Numbered from the stretch's first letter, positions 1 through 9,568 are shown. The stretch is 64,000 nucleotides of DNA from Planctomycetota bacterium (GCA_965248445.1 CBDFJG010000004.1:224001-288000), one strand, 5' to 3'. Translations and numbers: made by a program. The notes: generated by a model from the sequence alone, not told the origin.

Positions 1-596
1 ATCACGTGCGTGATGCGCATGTCGACGTCGTCCACCACGACGGTGAAGTTGTAGACCGGTGAGCCGTCGGTGCGCGCCAGGATGAAGTCGTCGAACTGGT
101 CGTTTCGAACCACCACGCGCCCCTTGACGAGGTCCTCGATGACCACCTCGCCGTCGATCGGCAGCCGTGCACGCACGACGCACGGCGGATCCGCGGAGGG
201 AGCGGCCGTCAGATCGCGGCAGGTGCGCTCGTACCGGTACGGCTTCTTCTCGCGTTGGAACGCTTCGCGCCGCTCCTGCAAGTGCTCTTTCGAGCAATAG
301 CACCGATACGCGCCACCGGACTCGAGGAGTTCCGCGAGCCGCGCCTTGTAGAGAGGCGTGCGCTGGCTCTGGAAGTACGGGCCCTCGTCGGGGGACATAC
401 CGATCCAGGACATCCCCTCGAGGATCGAGCGCATGCTCTCGTCGCTCGAACGCTCGCGATCCGTGTCCTCGATCCGCAGTATGAACGTGCCGCCCTTCGC
501 GCGGGCGTAGAGCCAGTTGAAGAGCGCCGAGCGGACTCCGCCGATGTGGAGATCACCGGTCGGGCTGGGGGCGAAGCGGACGCGTGGTGCGGACAA
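1..596 (-). CDS. gltX: Glutamate--tRNA ligase, N-terminal part (runs off window start)
   Basis: Manual translation from TTG at 596, preceded by AGGAG: LSAPRVRFAPSPTGDLHIGGVRSALFNW...FILRIEDTD; HIGH-type motif of class I GluRS. Not in the ORF track. Confidence 0.93.
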   Translation of the reverse strand, partial: MSAPRVRFAPSPTGDLHIGGVRSALFNWLYARAKGGTFILRIEDTDRERSSDESMRSILEGMSWIGMSPDEGPYFQSQRTPLYKARLAELLESGGAYRCYCSKEHLQERREAFQREKKPYRYERTCRDLTAAPSADPPCVVRARLPIDGEVVIEDLVKGRVVVRNDQFDDFILARTDGSPVYNFTVVVDDVDMRITHV

Positions 597-689
597 CGGG
601 GAGTCTCCTGGGTCGAGCCCCAGAGGATGCCACGGCCGCCTAGCAGCGCGTTGAACAACTCTGTGGGCCGGAGGCGGGGATTCCCGGCG

Positions 690-1109
690 TCAGCGCGACA
701 GGATGAACGCGAGGCCGGTGCCCATCGCCATCAGGGCGAAGAGGACCATCGCGACACGGAGGCCCACCTGATTGGGAGTCGTGCCGTACCACGACCGGTA
801 GGGGTCGCCGTCCCGGCTCATGTCCATCTTGCGCTCGTCGGTGCCGCGCTTCAGCCGCAGCCGTGCGTCATCGAACTTCTCGACCAGTTCCCAGCCGAAG
901 AGGGACTCCTGCTCGAGCGCCTCCGCCAGCCGCTCCGGCTTCTTGAACGCGGAGGTGCCCGAGCGCAGGAACTTGAACTCCCAGCCTTCCAGGTCCTCGG
1001 GCCGATAGCCGGACATCTTCTCCTCCTCCGCGTCCGCACGCCGCTTCGCAGCGGCGGCGGCTGCCGCCGCTGCCACACCTGCGGCCGCACCTGCGTTCAT
1101 GATCGCCAC
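690..1109 (-). CDS. Small membrane protein, DUF4177-like
   Basis: WEFKFLR...GWELVEKFD pattern and C-terminal transmembrane helix; codon usage fits the genome. Confidence 0.65.
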   Translation of the reverse strand: MAIMNAGAAAGVAAAAAAAAAKRRADAEEEKMSGYRPEDLEGWEFKFLRSGTSAFKKPERLAEALEQESLFGWELVEKFDDARLRLKRGTDERKMDMSRDGDPYRSWYGTTPNQVGLRVAMVLFALMAMGTGLAFILSR

Positions 1110-1184
1110 TGCGTCGCCTCCTGAGGGTCCAACCGGGGAAACGGTACGCGGTTCGGAGGGCGCTGGCGCGGGCGCTGGCGCCGC

Positions 1185-1673
1185 TCAGAAGTCCGGCTGG
1201 ATGTTCACGAGACGCCAGTTGTTGTCGAGCCCCTTCTGCATCTTCGCGATGAACTTGATCGTGCTGCCCACGCGCTCGGCATCCGGTCCCTGGAAGCGGA
1301 CGTGTGCGACGTTCACCTGGCCGAGAATCTCCACGGTGCCGGCGTCGAGGGCGGCTCGCACCGCGGGGTTGTCCTTCAGCTCCGACATCTCCTCGACCAC
1401 GCCGATCGCCTCGTAGAGTCGGTCGTCGAACACGCGCTTCTCCGCGGTGCTCGCATCGCGATAGGAGGACGCGGCCGGATCCTCGTTCCCCTGCAGCCAC
1501 TCTGCCGTGTCCGCGTACATCAGGAGCTGAGGGAGGTTGCGCGCGGTCAGGGCGTTGTACGCCGCGTCGCGTACGGCGTCCTTGTCGGCGCTGCCGCCGC
1601 CGCCGCCGCCGCAAGCGGTGAGTCCGCTCAGCGACACCGCGAGTACTCCGAGCAGCAGAATCAGAACGCGCAT
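1185..1673 (-). CDS. Putative lipoprotein
   Basis: MRVLILLLGVLAVSLSGLTAC lipobox followed by a Gly linker; GGAGGTGAG upstream. Confidence 0.7.
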   Translation of the reverse strand: MRVLILLLGVLAVSLSGLTACGGGGGGSADKDAVRDAAYNALTARNLPQLLMYADTAEWLQGNEDPAASSYRDASTAEKRVFDDRLYEAIGVVEEMSELKDNPAVRAALDAGTVEILGQVNVAHVRFQGPDAERVGSTIKFIAKMQKGLDNNWRLVNIQPDF

Positions 1674-1744
1674 CTCACCTCCGTCCCGTCGAGACGGTAC
1701 GCACCCCGGGGTCGCGGAAGCGAGAGCCGTCCTCTCCGGAAGCC

Positions 1745-2617
1745 TCAGAAGGGCAGGTCGAGCGGCACGCCGGTCGCGGCGTCCTTCGCCGCGAGGTACG
1801 CCTTCCCCGGCTCGCAGATCTCGCTGTAGTCGCACCAGCCACACAGCGGGTTGGGAGTCGCCTCGAACGCGTCGAAGCCCAGTTCGTCGTCCTTCTCCCA
1901 GTCCGCGAGAATGCGCTCACAGACCTCGAGCAGCTCGGCCTCCTTGCGTGCCAGCAGTTCGTCGTCCGGCGTGTAGCCGAGCTCGAGGTCGTCGTTCAGG
2001 TACAGGTAGCTGCAGCGCGCGACCTTGCCGCGGAACTTGCGCGAGACGAGGATCGCGTACGCGGCGAGCTGGAGATCCTTCGCCGCCACTTCGGCATCGT
2101 CCCTCGCACGCATCGGCTTGCCCGTCTTGTAGTCGAGGATCACCAGCGAGCCGTCCGGGTTGCGGTCGATCCGGTCGATCTTGCCCGCCAGCGTGACGCG
2201 GTCGCTCAGCCGCTGTTCGTGGAACTGCTCGGCCGTCAGCGGCACGACCGTCGTGTCCTGCGTCTGGAAGAAGCGATACAGGATGTTGAGGCCCTTCTGA
2301 CCCCACGCCTTCTCGTTGTCGCGATCGTCTCCGAACGCCTCCTCGCGCGAGCGCTTCTGCTTGAAGCTATTGCGCTTGAAGACACCGCGGCCGCCCCAGG
2401 CATCACGGAGCAGGTCGCACAGCTTCTCGTACGTGCGGTCTGCGATCGCAACGCGCCCCAGATCGAAGAACGCCTCCAGCGCGTCGTGCACGGCGTTGCC
2501 GAGAACCAGAGGCGGGCTCGCCTTGAAGTACTTTCGCTTCAGTTCCTGGTCGCGCCCGTAGCGGTACTTCCGGGGACAGTTGAGGTATGCCTCGATCTGC
2601 GTCGGATAGATCTTCAT
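1745..2617 (-). CDS. PD-(D/E)XK RecB-family / Cas4-like exonuclease with probable 4Fe-4S cluster
   Basis: N-terminal CPRKY, GKIDRID, LDYKTG, QLAAY, C-terminal CGWC..C. Confidence 0.85.
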   Translation of the reverse strand: MKIYPTQIEAYLNCPRKYRYGRDQELKRKYFKASPPLVLGNAVHDALEAFFDLGRVAIADRTYEKLCDLLRDAWGGRGVFKRNSFKQKRSREEAFGDDRDNEKAWGQKGLNILYRFFQTQDTTVVPLTAEQFHEQRLSDRVTLAGKIDRIDRNPDGSLVILDYKTGKPMRARDDAEVAAKDLQLAAYAILVSRKFRGKVARCSYLYLNDDLELGYTPDDELLARKEAELLEVCERILADWEKDDELGFDAFEATPNPLCGWCDYSEICEPGKAYLAAKDAATGVPLDLPF

Positions 2618-2641
2618 CGGCGTCCGATCGTAGCGCGTCGG

Positions 2642-2902
2642 CTAGGCGTATGTATCGGCTGCTTCCGCAGCCTCGGCCCGCTTCACGGCGCGGGAGACGA
2701 AGAACACCAACACTCCGCTCAGCGACAGGATCGAGACCATCATGAAGATGATCGACCACTGGAAGCCCGTCGCGGGATCCGCGCCCCCGGCGTCACTGTT
2801 CGCGGCGACCGCCGCGTTGCAGTTTGGTCACGCGAACGCCGTCGCTGCGAGCGCCATCACCAGCGCAACGGCGAGCGGACCAGCAGGCATTGAGCGGCGC
2901 AT
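2642..2902 (-). CDS. Candidate selenoprotein: exported, membrane-anchored 86-aa UxxC protein
   Basis: MRRSMPAGPLAVALVMALAATAFA-(TGA at 2830-2828)-PNCNAAVAANSDAGGADPATGFQWSIIFMMVSILSLSGVLVFFVSRAVKRAEAAEAADTYA-TAG; SECIS-like hairpin follows the TGA. Confidence 0.72.
2795..2823 (-). promoter_or_regulatory. Bacterial SECIS-like hairpin
   Basis: mRNA UGA-CCAAACUGCAA-CGCGGC-GGUC-GCCGCG-AACAGU: perfect 6-bp upper stem starting 11 nt after UGA, GGUC loop, lower stem ACUG/CAGU. Confidence 0.68.
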
Positions 2903-2958
2903 GTCCAGACCCTAAGCCCCCGCGAGCCGGGCAGCCAGACGATCATGGCCCTCGTGCA

Positions 2959-3384
2959 TCACTCCAACCCGGGAGCGACGTGATACAGCATCGCGTAGAT
3001 CACGACGCCCGTGGCCGAGACGTACGCCCAGATCGGGAACGTGACCTTGGCCCAGCGGCGGTGCTGCGCGATGCGCTCCTTCCAGCCGAGGTACGCGGTG
3101 CGGAGTGCCAGGAACGGGACGATCGCGGCGAGCACCGTGTGCGTAGCCAGGATGACGAGGTAGATCCCCCGCCAGGGGGACACCTTGGGGAAGGTCTGCA
3201 GCTCGCCGGCCAGTGTGGCCCGCGTCACGTACGAGACCAGAAAGACGCTGGAGACGACCAACGCGCTCAGCATCATCCGCTTGTGCCCCGGGACGTCGCC
3301 GCGCTTCACCCGGGCGATCCCCACACAGAGCAGCACGAGCGCAGTGAGGTTCAGGGCGGCGTTGGCCGCCGCGTGCACGTGCAT
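2959..3384 (-). CDS. DUF420 family membrane protein (oxidase assembly associated)
   Basis: NAALNLTALVLL..G..RVKRG..HKRMM; YLVILATH; HRRWAKVTFPIW.YVSATGV. Confidence 0.88.
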   Translation of the reverse strand: MHVHAAANAALNLTALVLLCVGIARVKRGDVPGHKRMMLSALVVSSVFLVSYVTRATLAGELQTFPKVSPWRGIYLVILATHTVLAAIVPFLALRTAYLGWKERIAQHRRWAKVTFPIWAYVSATGVVIYAMLYHVAPGLE

Positions 3385-3392
3385 CGGCCGAG

Positions 3393-4055
3393 CTAGGAGC
3401 CTCGCCCGGCAGAGCGCAGCGTGTCGAGGTCCTTCATCAGCTTGTCGAGCCAGCCGGGATCCTCGAGCGGTTCGTAGTGCGCCCGTCCGCGGCCCTCGTG
3501 GTCCAGCAGCACGAACGTGGACTTGTGCAGGATCACGTCTCCGCCGTCGCCGATCTTCAGCTGGTCGGTCGTGATCGCCTTGACATGCGCACGCGACATG
3601 CGGAGGAACAGCCACTTGTCCTTGTCCGCGCCGTACTCGTCTGCGTAGTTCGACAGCACGTCGGGAGTGTCGCGCTCGGGGTCCACGCTGAACGACGTCA
3701 GCACGACGTCCTCGGCGCCGTCCAGACGCGCCTGCAACTCCTGCATCGCCTTCGACATGCGCGGACAGGTCCCGCCGCAGCTCGTGAAGATGAAGTCGAC
3801 GACGGCGAACTTGCCGCGCAGGTCGCCGGTGCTGACGACGTCTCCGGAGCGCTCGACCGCGTCGTAGACCTCGAGCTGTCCGAGGGGCTGCGGCAACAGG
3901 CCCGTGTCGCCGCGACCCGGCTCGATCAAGGGGCCGTCGCCTTCCTCGAGCGTGATCACATTCGCGTGCTCGTCGGTCGGCGGACCGCTCTCCCGGCACG
4001 CGACGAACACGAACAGGGCTGCGCCGATCAACAGGACTGGAAGCACGTAGCGCAT
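3393..4055 (-). CDS. SCO1/SenC copper chaperone
   Basis: DFIFTSCGGTCP (CxxxC), SVDPERDTP, conserved His in ILHKS. Confidence 0.92.
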   Translation of the reverse strand: MRYVLPVLLIGAALFVFVACRESGPPTDEHANVITLEEGDGPLIEPGRGDTGLLPQPLGQLEVYDAVERSGDVVSTGDLRGKFAVVDFIFTSCGGTCPRMSKAMQELQARLDGAEDVVLTSFSVDPERDTPDVLSNYADEYGADKDKWLFLRMSRAHVKAITTDQLKIGDGGDVILHKSTFVLLDHEGRGRAHYEPLEDPGWLDKLMKDLDTLRSAGRGS

Positions 4056-4864
4056 CACTTGTGGTCTCCTCGGCTGCGCGCCCCGACGATCCAGAGCGCC
4101 ACCACGAACATGAGGATGGCCGTCCCGGCCGTCACGCCCATGGAAACGCCGAAGGCCGGCAGGTCATGCCCGGGAACTTCGCCTCCGTACAGCGCCTGGC
4201 GGAACGCGGCGACGCCGTAGGTGAGCGGGTTGGCCTGCATCACCCAGCGCAGCCAGATCGGCGCTCCTTCGAGCGGGAAGAACGCGCCCGAGAGCAGCCA
4301 GAGCGGGAACAGGAACAGCATCATCACGGCGTGGAAGCCCTGCGTGGACTCCATGCGCCACCCGACCACGAATCCCAGCGCGGCGAGCCCGAACCCGACG
4401 ACGATCAGGACACCGACACCGGCGAGGAACGAGCCTGCCGTGACGGGCACCCCGACGACGGGCGCCATCAGCAGGAACAGGACGCCCTGGATGATCGCCA
4501 GCGTCGCGCCTCCCCCGACCTTGCCCAGAACGATGCCTGCGCGAGACGCCGGTGAGACGAGGACTGACTGCAGGAAGCCCTCGTTGCGGTCCTGGATGAG
4601 CGAGAACGTCGAGAAGATCGCGGTGAACAGGAGGACCATCACGACGGTGCCCGGGAACAGGAACTCGAGGAAGCCCTGCTTGTCCTCGCCCCCGCCGATC
4701 GAGAACGCTCCCTGGAACCCGGCGCCGAACAGCAGCCAGAACACCATCGGCTGAACGATCGCAGACGTGAGGCGCTTGCGCTGGCGCACAAACCGCACGA
4801 GCTCGCGCTTCCAGAGGGTGAACGCCGGGAGCCCGAATCGGCCAGTGAAGTCTGTGCGGCTCAC
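4055..4864 (-). CDS. ABC-2 type transporter permease
   Basis: About six TM helices, LFPG, LSGAFFP, NPLTY motifs. Confidence 0.9.
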   Translation of the reverse strand: MSRTDFTGRFGLPAFTLWKRELVRFVRQRKRLTSAIVQPMVFWLLFGAGFQGAFSIGGGEDKQGFLEFLFPGTVVMVLLFTAIFSTFSLIQDRNEGFLQSVLVSPASRAGIVLGKVGGGATLAIIQGVLFLLMAPVVGVPVTAGSFLAGVGVLIVVGFGLAALGFVVGWRMESTQGFHAVMMLFLFPLWLLSGAFFPLEGAPIWLRWVMQANPLTYGVAAFRQALYGGEVPGHDLPAFGVSMGVTAGTAILMFVVALWIVGARSRGDHK

Positions 4865-5796
4865 TCGAACGCCTTCCCCGTCTTCTCCAGGAACACGTCT
4901 TCGAGGGTCGGCCGCCCGACGGTGACCGACGCCAGGTCGTCGCCGAACGCAGCGAGCAGACGCGCCACGAGAGCCGGTCCGGCGTCCTCGCGGACGTGCA
5001 ATCCGCCGCCGACCGAGGCCATCTGCACCCCTAGCTCGGCGCCGATTCGGGCGCGCACGGAGTCGAGTTCACCGGGGGCTGCGGGCACCGCGGTCACGAC
5101 GTCGCCCCCGAGCGCCGCGCGCAACTCGTGCGGCGTGCCGAGCGCGACGAGCTTTCCCGCGTCGAGGATCGCCACACGATCGCAGCGCTCCGCCTCCTCC
5201 ATCAGGTGCGTCGTGACGAGACACGCAACCCCGTCCTCGTCGCGCAATCGCGCGAGGTGGTCCCACACGTCGCGGCGGGCGGCGGGGTCGAGGCCGGTTG
5301 TCGGCTCGTCGAGCAGCAGCAGCCGCGGCCGGTGCAGCAGTCCCTTCGCGATCTCGACCCGGCGCTGCAGGCCTCCGGACAACTCGCGCACCAGGTCGCC
5401 GGAACGGTCGCTCAGGCCGAAGCGGGAGAGACCGGCGTCGATGCGGGCCGTGAGCTCGCGACCGCTCAGCCCATAGAGGTGACCCTGGTGAACCAGGTTC
5501 TCGCGCACCGTGAGGTGCACGTCGAGCGACGGCGATTGGAAGACGACGCCAATCCCCTCGCGCACGGCCGCGCTCTCGTCCGGAAGCGCGTGCCCGAGCA
5601 CTCGCGCCGCACCGGAGGTCGGCGGAAGGAGCGTCGAAACGACGCGGAACAGCGTCGTCTTGCCGCCGCCGTTCGGGCCGAGCAGGCCGAACAACTCGCC
5701 CGGCCGCAGTGAGAACGTGACGTCATCCAGAGCGCGTCGCTCGCCGTAGTGGCGCGACAGTCCAGCGAGGGCGAGCGGAGAGGTGCTCTCCGTCAT
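4861..5796 (-). CDS. ABC transporter ATP-binding protein
   Basis: GPNGGGKTT, LSGG, LLLDEPT, TTH; start MTESTS at 5796 overlaps the cyoE stop. Confidence 0.92.
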   Translation of the reverse strand: MTESTSPLALAGLSRHYGERRALDDVTFSLRPGELFGLLGPNGGGKTTLFRVVSTLLPPTSGAARVLGHALPDESAAVREGIGVVFQSPSLDVHLTVRENLVHQGHLYGLSGRELTARIDAGLSRFGLSDRSGDLVRELSGGLQRRVEIAKGLLHRPRLLLLDEPTTGLDPAARRDVWDHLARLRDEDGVACLVTTHLMEEAERCDRVAILDAGKLVALGTPHELRAALGGDVVTAVPAAPGELDSVRARIGAELGVQMASVGGGLHVREDAGPALVARLLAAFGDDLASVTVGRPTLEDVFLEKTGKAFE

Positions 5797-6689
5797 GCCG
5801 GTCCGAGCGCGGCGAACGCGAGCAGGACGACCGGGAGGTAGAGCAGCGACCCACGTAACAGCAGTCGTGCGCTGCGCTCCGAGGTGCGGAACGCGAAGAG
5901 CCCACCGCAGACTACGAGCCCCACGCCTGCCGCGAGCGCCACGATGAAGTAGTCCTGCCCTGCCAGCCCGAGCGGAACCGCAGCGAGCGAGACTGCCACG
6001 GTGAGGAGCCCCTGCACGACCACCTGTCGGGCAGTGGCGCCGCTGCCGCCGGTCACGACGGGCAGCATCGCGTACCCCGCACGCGCGTAGTCGTCGCGAT
6101 AGAGCCATGCGATCGCGAGAAAGTGCGGCAGCTGCCAGGCCGCGACCAGCGCGAACAGGAACCAGGCTCGCGTACCGAGATGTCCCGTCGCCGCGGCGGC
6201 ACCGAGGAGTGGCGGCAGCGCGCCCGGGATGGCGCCGACCAGCGTGTTCAACGAGGTGCGCGTCTTGAGCGGCGTGTAGATGCCGAGGTACGTCCCGACC
6301 GTGAGCGCGCCCAGGGCGAACGCCAGCGGCGTCGTCCAGAGAAGCAGCACACCGAGACCGAGGACGATCAGCGCCAGCCCGAACACGTACGCCTCGGCGG
6401 GCGTGACGCGGCCTGCGGGCAGCGGTCGATCGCGGGTCCGCACCATGCGGGCGTCGAGGTCCCGTTCCATCCACTGGTTCAGCGCGCTCGCGCCGAAAGC
6501 GAGTAGACCCGCTCCGGCGATTGCGGCGGCGAATCGCGATGCTGGTGCGAACGTCCCGGCGGCAACCCACCAGCCTGCGGCGACTGCGAGCACCGCCATC
6601 GCGTTCAGGCGTGGCTTCGTCAGCGCAACGAACGCACCGAGCCGTGCGGCTGCTCCGATCGGAGCTACGGTCGCGTCCGTGACGCTCAC
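5793..6689 (-). CDS. ctaB: Protoheme IX farnesyltransferase (heme o synthase)
   Basis: LTKPR, NQWMERDLDARMVRTRDRPLPAG, YTPLK, WQLPHF. Confidence 0.94.
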   Translation of the reverse strand: MSVTDATVAPIGAAARLGAFVALTKPRLNAMAVLAVAAGWWVAAGTFAPASRFAAAIAGAGLLAFGASALNQWMERDLDARMVRTRDRPLPAGRVTPAEAYVFGLALIVLGLGVLLLWTTPLAFALGALTVGTYLGIYTPLKTRTSLNTLVGAIPGALPPLLGAAAATGHLGTRAWFLFALVAAWQLPHFLAIAWLYRDDYARAGYAMLPVVTGGSGATARQVVVQGLLTVAVSLAAVPLGLAGQDYFIVALAAGVGLVVCGGLFAFRTSERSARLLLRGSLLYLPVVLLAFAALGPA

Positions 6690-7723
6690 GACACGGCCTC
6701 GAGTTCGCGGGATGAGTCCGCCGCAGCGCTCGCCTCGATGCGATCTCGCGCCTCCGCAACGCGCTCGTCCGTCGGCACGCCGTAGATGCGGAGTCCGCGG
6801 AACAGCAGCGTGACGCAGAGCGCGAGAATCGCCGCCCCGAGCACCAGGTGCAGATTGAGGGTCGCGATGGCACCGAGAGACGGCAGGTCCTGGTAACCGG
6901 CGGCGACGTGCTGCGCTCGTTCGGTCGCTACCAGGTACGAGGCGAGGCCGAGGCCGATCTGCGCGATGACGAGTACGCCAAGCCATACGGACGGACGGCG
7001 CAGTCTCGGGAGCTCACGGGGCACGTCGCCGGCGCCGGTCAACACCAGCTTCGCCAGCAAGATCACGACGAGCAGAGCGAACATGGAGTGCACTTCGCGC
7101 GCGAGGTAGCCGTGCCGCGCGGCGGCTCCGAGGACGAGCTGCACGAATACCACGACTCCAGCCAGCATGGCTCCGCGTACGACGGCCAGGCCCGTCGCGT
7201 CGAGCGGCCGGTCTTCGTCCGTACGCCAGCGCGGGGAGAGGAACGTCGCGAGGGCGACGAGAGTGCAGAGGAAGAGCTGCGCGAACACCGAGTGCAGGAG
7301 CGGCCACGGCGGTGCCAGCAAGAACAGGACGCCGAGGCCGCCGAACGCCGCCTGCAGGACGACGAGGCCGAGAGCGAACCAGGCCAGCTTCCGAACCCAG
7401 CTGCGCGGATCGCAGCGCTGCACCCAAATGGCGAGCACGAGTGTCAGCATGCCCATCACGCCCGCAATGTGCCGGTGCAGCACCTCCGCGCGCAGCGTGT
7501 CGATGCGATACAGCTCCCTCAGCTTGGCCCAGTCCGGCAGCAGCTCACCGTAGATCAGCGGCCAGTCCGGGACAGTGAGACCCGCGCGCTGCGTGCGCAC
7601 GTTCGCCCCCGCGAGCAGTAGGAGCACGCAGAACCCCACACACAGCGCCGCCCATCTGAACAACCGGCTCGGCCGTCCCACGTCAGGTGGTTCGACACGG
7701 GTGGCGGTGTTCTTTTCGTCCAT
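6686..7723 (-). CDS. ctaA: Heme a synthase (COX15/CtaA)
   Basis: AGLTVPDWP, EVLHRH, multiple TM helices with conserved His; adjacent to ctaB. Confidence 0.85.
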   Translation of the reverse strand: MDEKNTATRVEPPDVGRPSRLFRWAALCVGFCVLLLLAGANVRTQRAGLTVPDWPLIYGELLPDWAKLRELYRIDTLRAEVLHRHIAGVMGMLTLVLAIWVQRCDPRSWVRKLAWFALGLVVLQAAFGGLGVLFLLAPPWPLLHSVFAQLFLCTLVALATFLSPRWRTDEDRPLDATGLAVVRGAMLAGVVVFVQLVLGAAARHGYLAREVHSMFALLVVILLAKLVLTGAGDVPRELPRLRRPSVWLGVLVIAQIGLGLASYLVATERAQHVAAGYQDLPSLGAIATLNLHLVLGAAILALCVTLLFRGLRIYGVPTDERVAEARDRIEASAAADSSRELEAVS

Positions 7724-7766
7724 GGTGCTGCGCGGATGCCGCCTCTTGCGGCACCCGTTGCGTGCG

Positions 7767-9566
7767 CTATCCCGCGGGCGTGGAGGTGACCTCGCGCTCC
7801 GAGAGATCCAGGTCCTGCGGGAGCCAGTCTTCGTCCACCTCGGGTGAGGCGTACTCGTACGGCCCGCGATAGACGGTCGGGATGACCGGTCCGAAGTTGC
7901 CGTGGATGCCCGGCGTCGGGGATGCCGTCCACTCGAGCGTGTTGGCGTTCCAGGGGTTCTGCTCTGCCTTCTTGCCCTTCCACATGCTCCAGAGCACGTT
8001 GAAGAGAAGGATCAGCTGCGTGAACCCGAGCAGGATCGCGGCGTGCGTCATGAGCCTGTTCATCGGCAGCATGCCGTCGATGTAGACGTACTTCTCGTAC
8101 GGGTTCTGCGTTCGGCGGTGCATGCCGCCCATGCCGACGACGTGCATCATGAAGAACGTCATGTTGAAGGCGATGAAGGACAGCCAGAAGTGGATGTACC
8201 CGAGCGTCCGGTTCATGTGGCGCCCGAACATCTTCGGGTACCAGTAGTAGATCCCGGCGAACGCGCCGAACAGGCTGCCGCCGAATAACACGTAGTGGAT
8301 GTGCGCGACGATGAAGTACGTGTCGTGGATGTGCACGTCCACGGGTGTCGCGGCCATGTAGATCCCTGATAACCCGCCGATCACGAACATGCTGACGAAC
8401 GCAATGGCGAAGCACATCGGCACCGTGAACCGAATTTGACCGCGCCACAATGTCGCCAGCCAGTTGAACACCTTGATGGCGCTCGGTAGCGCGATCATCA
8501 TCGTCGAGAGCATGAAGGTCATGCCGAGCATCGGGTTCATGCCGCTCTGGAACATGTGGTGACCCCACACGATGAACCCGAGTCCGGCGATGCCTGCGAT
8601 GGAGTAGACCATCGGGCGGTAACCGAAGATCGGCTTGCGCGCGAACGTCGCGATGACGTCCGACGCCATACCCATCGACGGCAGGATCATGATGTAGACG
8701 GCGGGGTGGCTGTAGAACCAGAACAGGTGCTGGTAGAGGATCGGGTTGCCACCGCCCGACGCGTAGTTGAACGGGTTGCCGCCGATCTCGAGGCCCTGCG
8801 AGAGGCCCGCCGGGATGAAGAAGCTGGAGCCCCAAACGCGGTCCAGCAGCAGCATGATCATCGCGGACGTCAGCACCGGCGTGGCGAACACCGACAGGAT
8901 GCTGGTGATGAAGATCGACCAGACCGTGAGCGGCATGCAGAAGAAGCGCATGCCCGGCGCGCGCATGGTCACGATCGTCGTGATGTAGTTGGTCGCGCCC
9001 ATGATCGAGCCGGAGCCGACCAGGATGACGCCCACGCACCAGAGTGATTGACCCTGACCGGCGAGATACGAGAGCGGTGGATAGCCCGTCCACCCAGAGG
9101 CGGGTGCCCCCGCCGCTCCCTCGATCACGAACGACATGCCGAAGCAGACGAACGCAGGCCACATGACCCAGTACGAGACCATGTTCAGAAGCGGGAAGGC
9201 CATGTCGCGCGCACCGATCATCAGCGGCACGCAGAAGTTCCCGAACGCGCCGACGAGCATCGGAATGATGACCAGGAAGATCATCACCGAGGCGTGCATC
9301 GTGAACGCCATGTTGTAGATGTCGCCGCTGGCGACGTTCTCGCCCTCGCCGTACATCGCTTCGAGGATCGACCCGAGCACCGGGACCTCGGTGTTCGGGT
9401 ACGCCAGCTGCCAGCGGACGATCAGCGCCAGCGCCCCGCCGACGAACATCCAGAGCAGCGTCGTGATGAGGAACTGCTTGCCGATCATCTTGTGGTCCAT
9501 CGAGAAGACGTATTTCCCGAGGAACCCCGGCTCGTGGTGGTGATCGTGGCCGTGCTCGTCGCCCAT
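7767..9566 (-). CDS. ctaD: Cytochrome c oxidase subunit I, A2-type
   Basis: DHKMIG, TMHAS, WFYSHPAVY (YS motif), VWGHHM, VAHIHY. Confidence 0.97.
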   Translation of the reverse strand: MGDEHGHDHHHEPGFLGKYVFSMDHKMIGKQFLITTLLWMFVGGALALIVRWQLAYPNTEVPVLGSILEAMYGEGENVASGDIYNMAFTMHASVMIFLVIIPMLVGAFGNFCVPLMIGARDMAFPLLNMVSYWVMWPAFVCFGMSFVIEGAAGAPASGWTGYPPLSYLAGQGQSLWCVGVILVGSGSIMGATNYITTIVTMRAPGMRFFCMPLTVWSIFITSILSVFATPVLTSAMIMLLLDRVWGSSFFIPAGLSQGLEIGGNPFNYASGGGNPILYQHLFWFYSHPAVYIMILPSMGMASDVIATFARKPIFGYRPMVYSIAGIAGLGFIVWGHHMFQSGMNPMLGMTFMLSTMMIALPSAIKVFNWLATLWRGQIRFTVPMCFAIAFVSMFVIGGLSGIYMAATPVDVHIHDTYFIVAHIHYVLFGGSLFGAFAGIYYWYPKMFGRHMNRTLGYIHFWLSFIAFNMTFFMMHVVGMGGMHRRTQNPYEKYVYIDGMLPMNRLMTHAAILLGFTQLILLFNVLWSMWKGKKAEQNPWNANTLEWTASPTPGIHGNFGPVIPTVYRGPYEYASPEVDEDWLPQDLDLSEREVTSTPAG

Positions 9567-9568
9567 GA

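Noticed and set aside
1745..2617. CRISPR-Cas locus suggested by the Cas4-like gene
   Set aside because: No repeat-spacer array or other cas genes are visible in the window.
2828..2830. TGA as a plain nonsense mutation or as genetic-code reassignment
   Set aside because: Many genes here end in TGA, so it is a normal stop genome-wide. The CxxC position plus a correctly spaced hairpin favour Sec, although a point error is not excluded.
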